A stretch of DNA of 64,000 nucleotides from the NCBI GenBank assembly GCA_965113315.1, contig OZ220364.1; one strand, given 5' to 3'. How positions within the stretch are numbered: the first letter of the stretch is position 1; each line of letters opens with the position of its first letter. Positions 63,339 to 64,000 of the stretch are shown here, one piece after another. Made by a program: the position numbers and the translations under genes. The stretch comes from Podarcis vaucheri. Its lineage: Eukaryota. The notes beneath the pieces are model-generated. The model was given only the letters and a program-made list of their open reading frames with translations. It made no database searches and was not told the origin of the DNA.

Positions 63339-64000
63339 TATTCAAGGCAGGCTTCTATCTTGCCTTTCTTCTCCCCTCACCCCACAAAAGGAAAGCTTAT
63401 CTAACCTTTGCCTAATCACACCAGAATCACAGTCAACACTCAATTTTTACTATCTCTAGAATCTTCATTTTAAACTTCTCTGTCTTTTGCGCTTAATATG
63501 CAGTGCTGGCCTCTTATCTCCAGGGCATTGCTTTAATGCATAGCCATTGTAGCCTCTTGGCAGAAAGACAGACCAGAAAATTACCCCTCCCCTCCCCACT
63601 CTCTTCAAAGGAAGAGGCATGAAAGAGCCTCTGTCCCAAGGCATCACCTTTCCCTGGCAGCCACTCTGCCGCCTGCCAGGATAAAGGCCTCATTTTAAGA
63701 GGCAGCCTGCACTGATTATTTTCTGCTTGGATGGACTGAATCTGCTGCATAGGATATGTGCTCACGTGAGAGGAATGCTTAATGCCACTCACATAGTGTC
63801 AAGGCACAATGTCGCCCTCAGCATAGGGAATGCCCTGCTCCCCTAGGCCTCAGACAATCTGGATGGCCTTGTACTGGGCAAAACAGAAAGATAACAGAAC
63901 AGCCACACAAATGGCCTTCTCCAAGTCCCCCTTTTTTCTTGTGGCCTCATCAGGCAACACAAGCAAAAAATGGTAGAAGGATTAGGGGTTTTAAATATGC

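Overview
This is vertebrate genomic DNA. The repeat content (Sauria SINEs, CR1/L2 LINE fragments, Penelope-like pLTRs, Tc1/mariner and hAT MITEs) points to a squamate, probably a lacertid lizard; that assignment is inferred. The window holds two spliced minus-strand genes in the same order as the human 3p21.3 cluster. RASSF1 is represented by exon 2-alpha/beta of isoform A, the CpG-island first exon 2-gamma of isoform C, and shared exons 3-6. These give a complete 275-aa RASSF1C; RASSF1A exon 1-alpha lies beyond the right edge. TUSC2/FUS1 has 3 coding exons, 110 aa, a CpG-island promoter, an upstream ORF and a roughly 3.3-kb 3' UTR. All exon boundaries were read as GT-AG with consistent phases. 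Bases 1-29,300 contain no recognisable host coding exon and are rich in transposable-element relics. The most unusual signals are four. (1) A TA-flanked mariner/pogo-type element in a RASSF1 intron carries six tandem 89-bp hairpin units whose stems change sequence while keeping their pairing. (2) A Penelope-like insertion has an intact minimal type I hammerhead ribozyme caged inside a 68-bp inverted repeat. (3) A three-layer nested insertion disrupts a second copy of that ribozyme. (4) A MITE has captured an LTR-like segment. Nearly all entries in the supplied ORF track are spurious.
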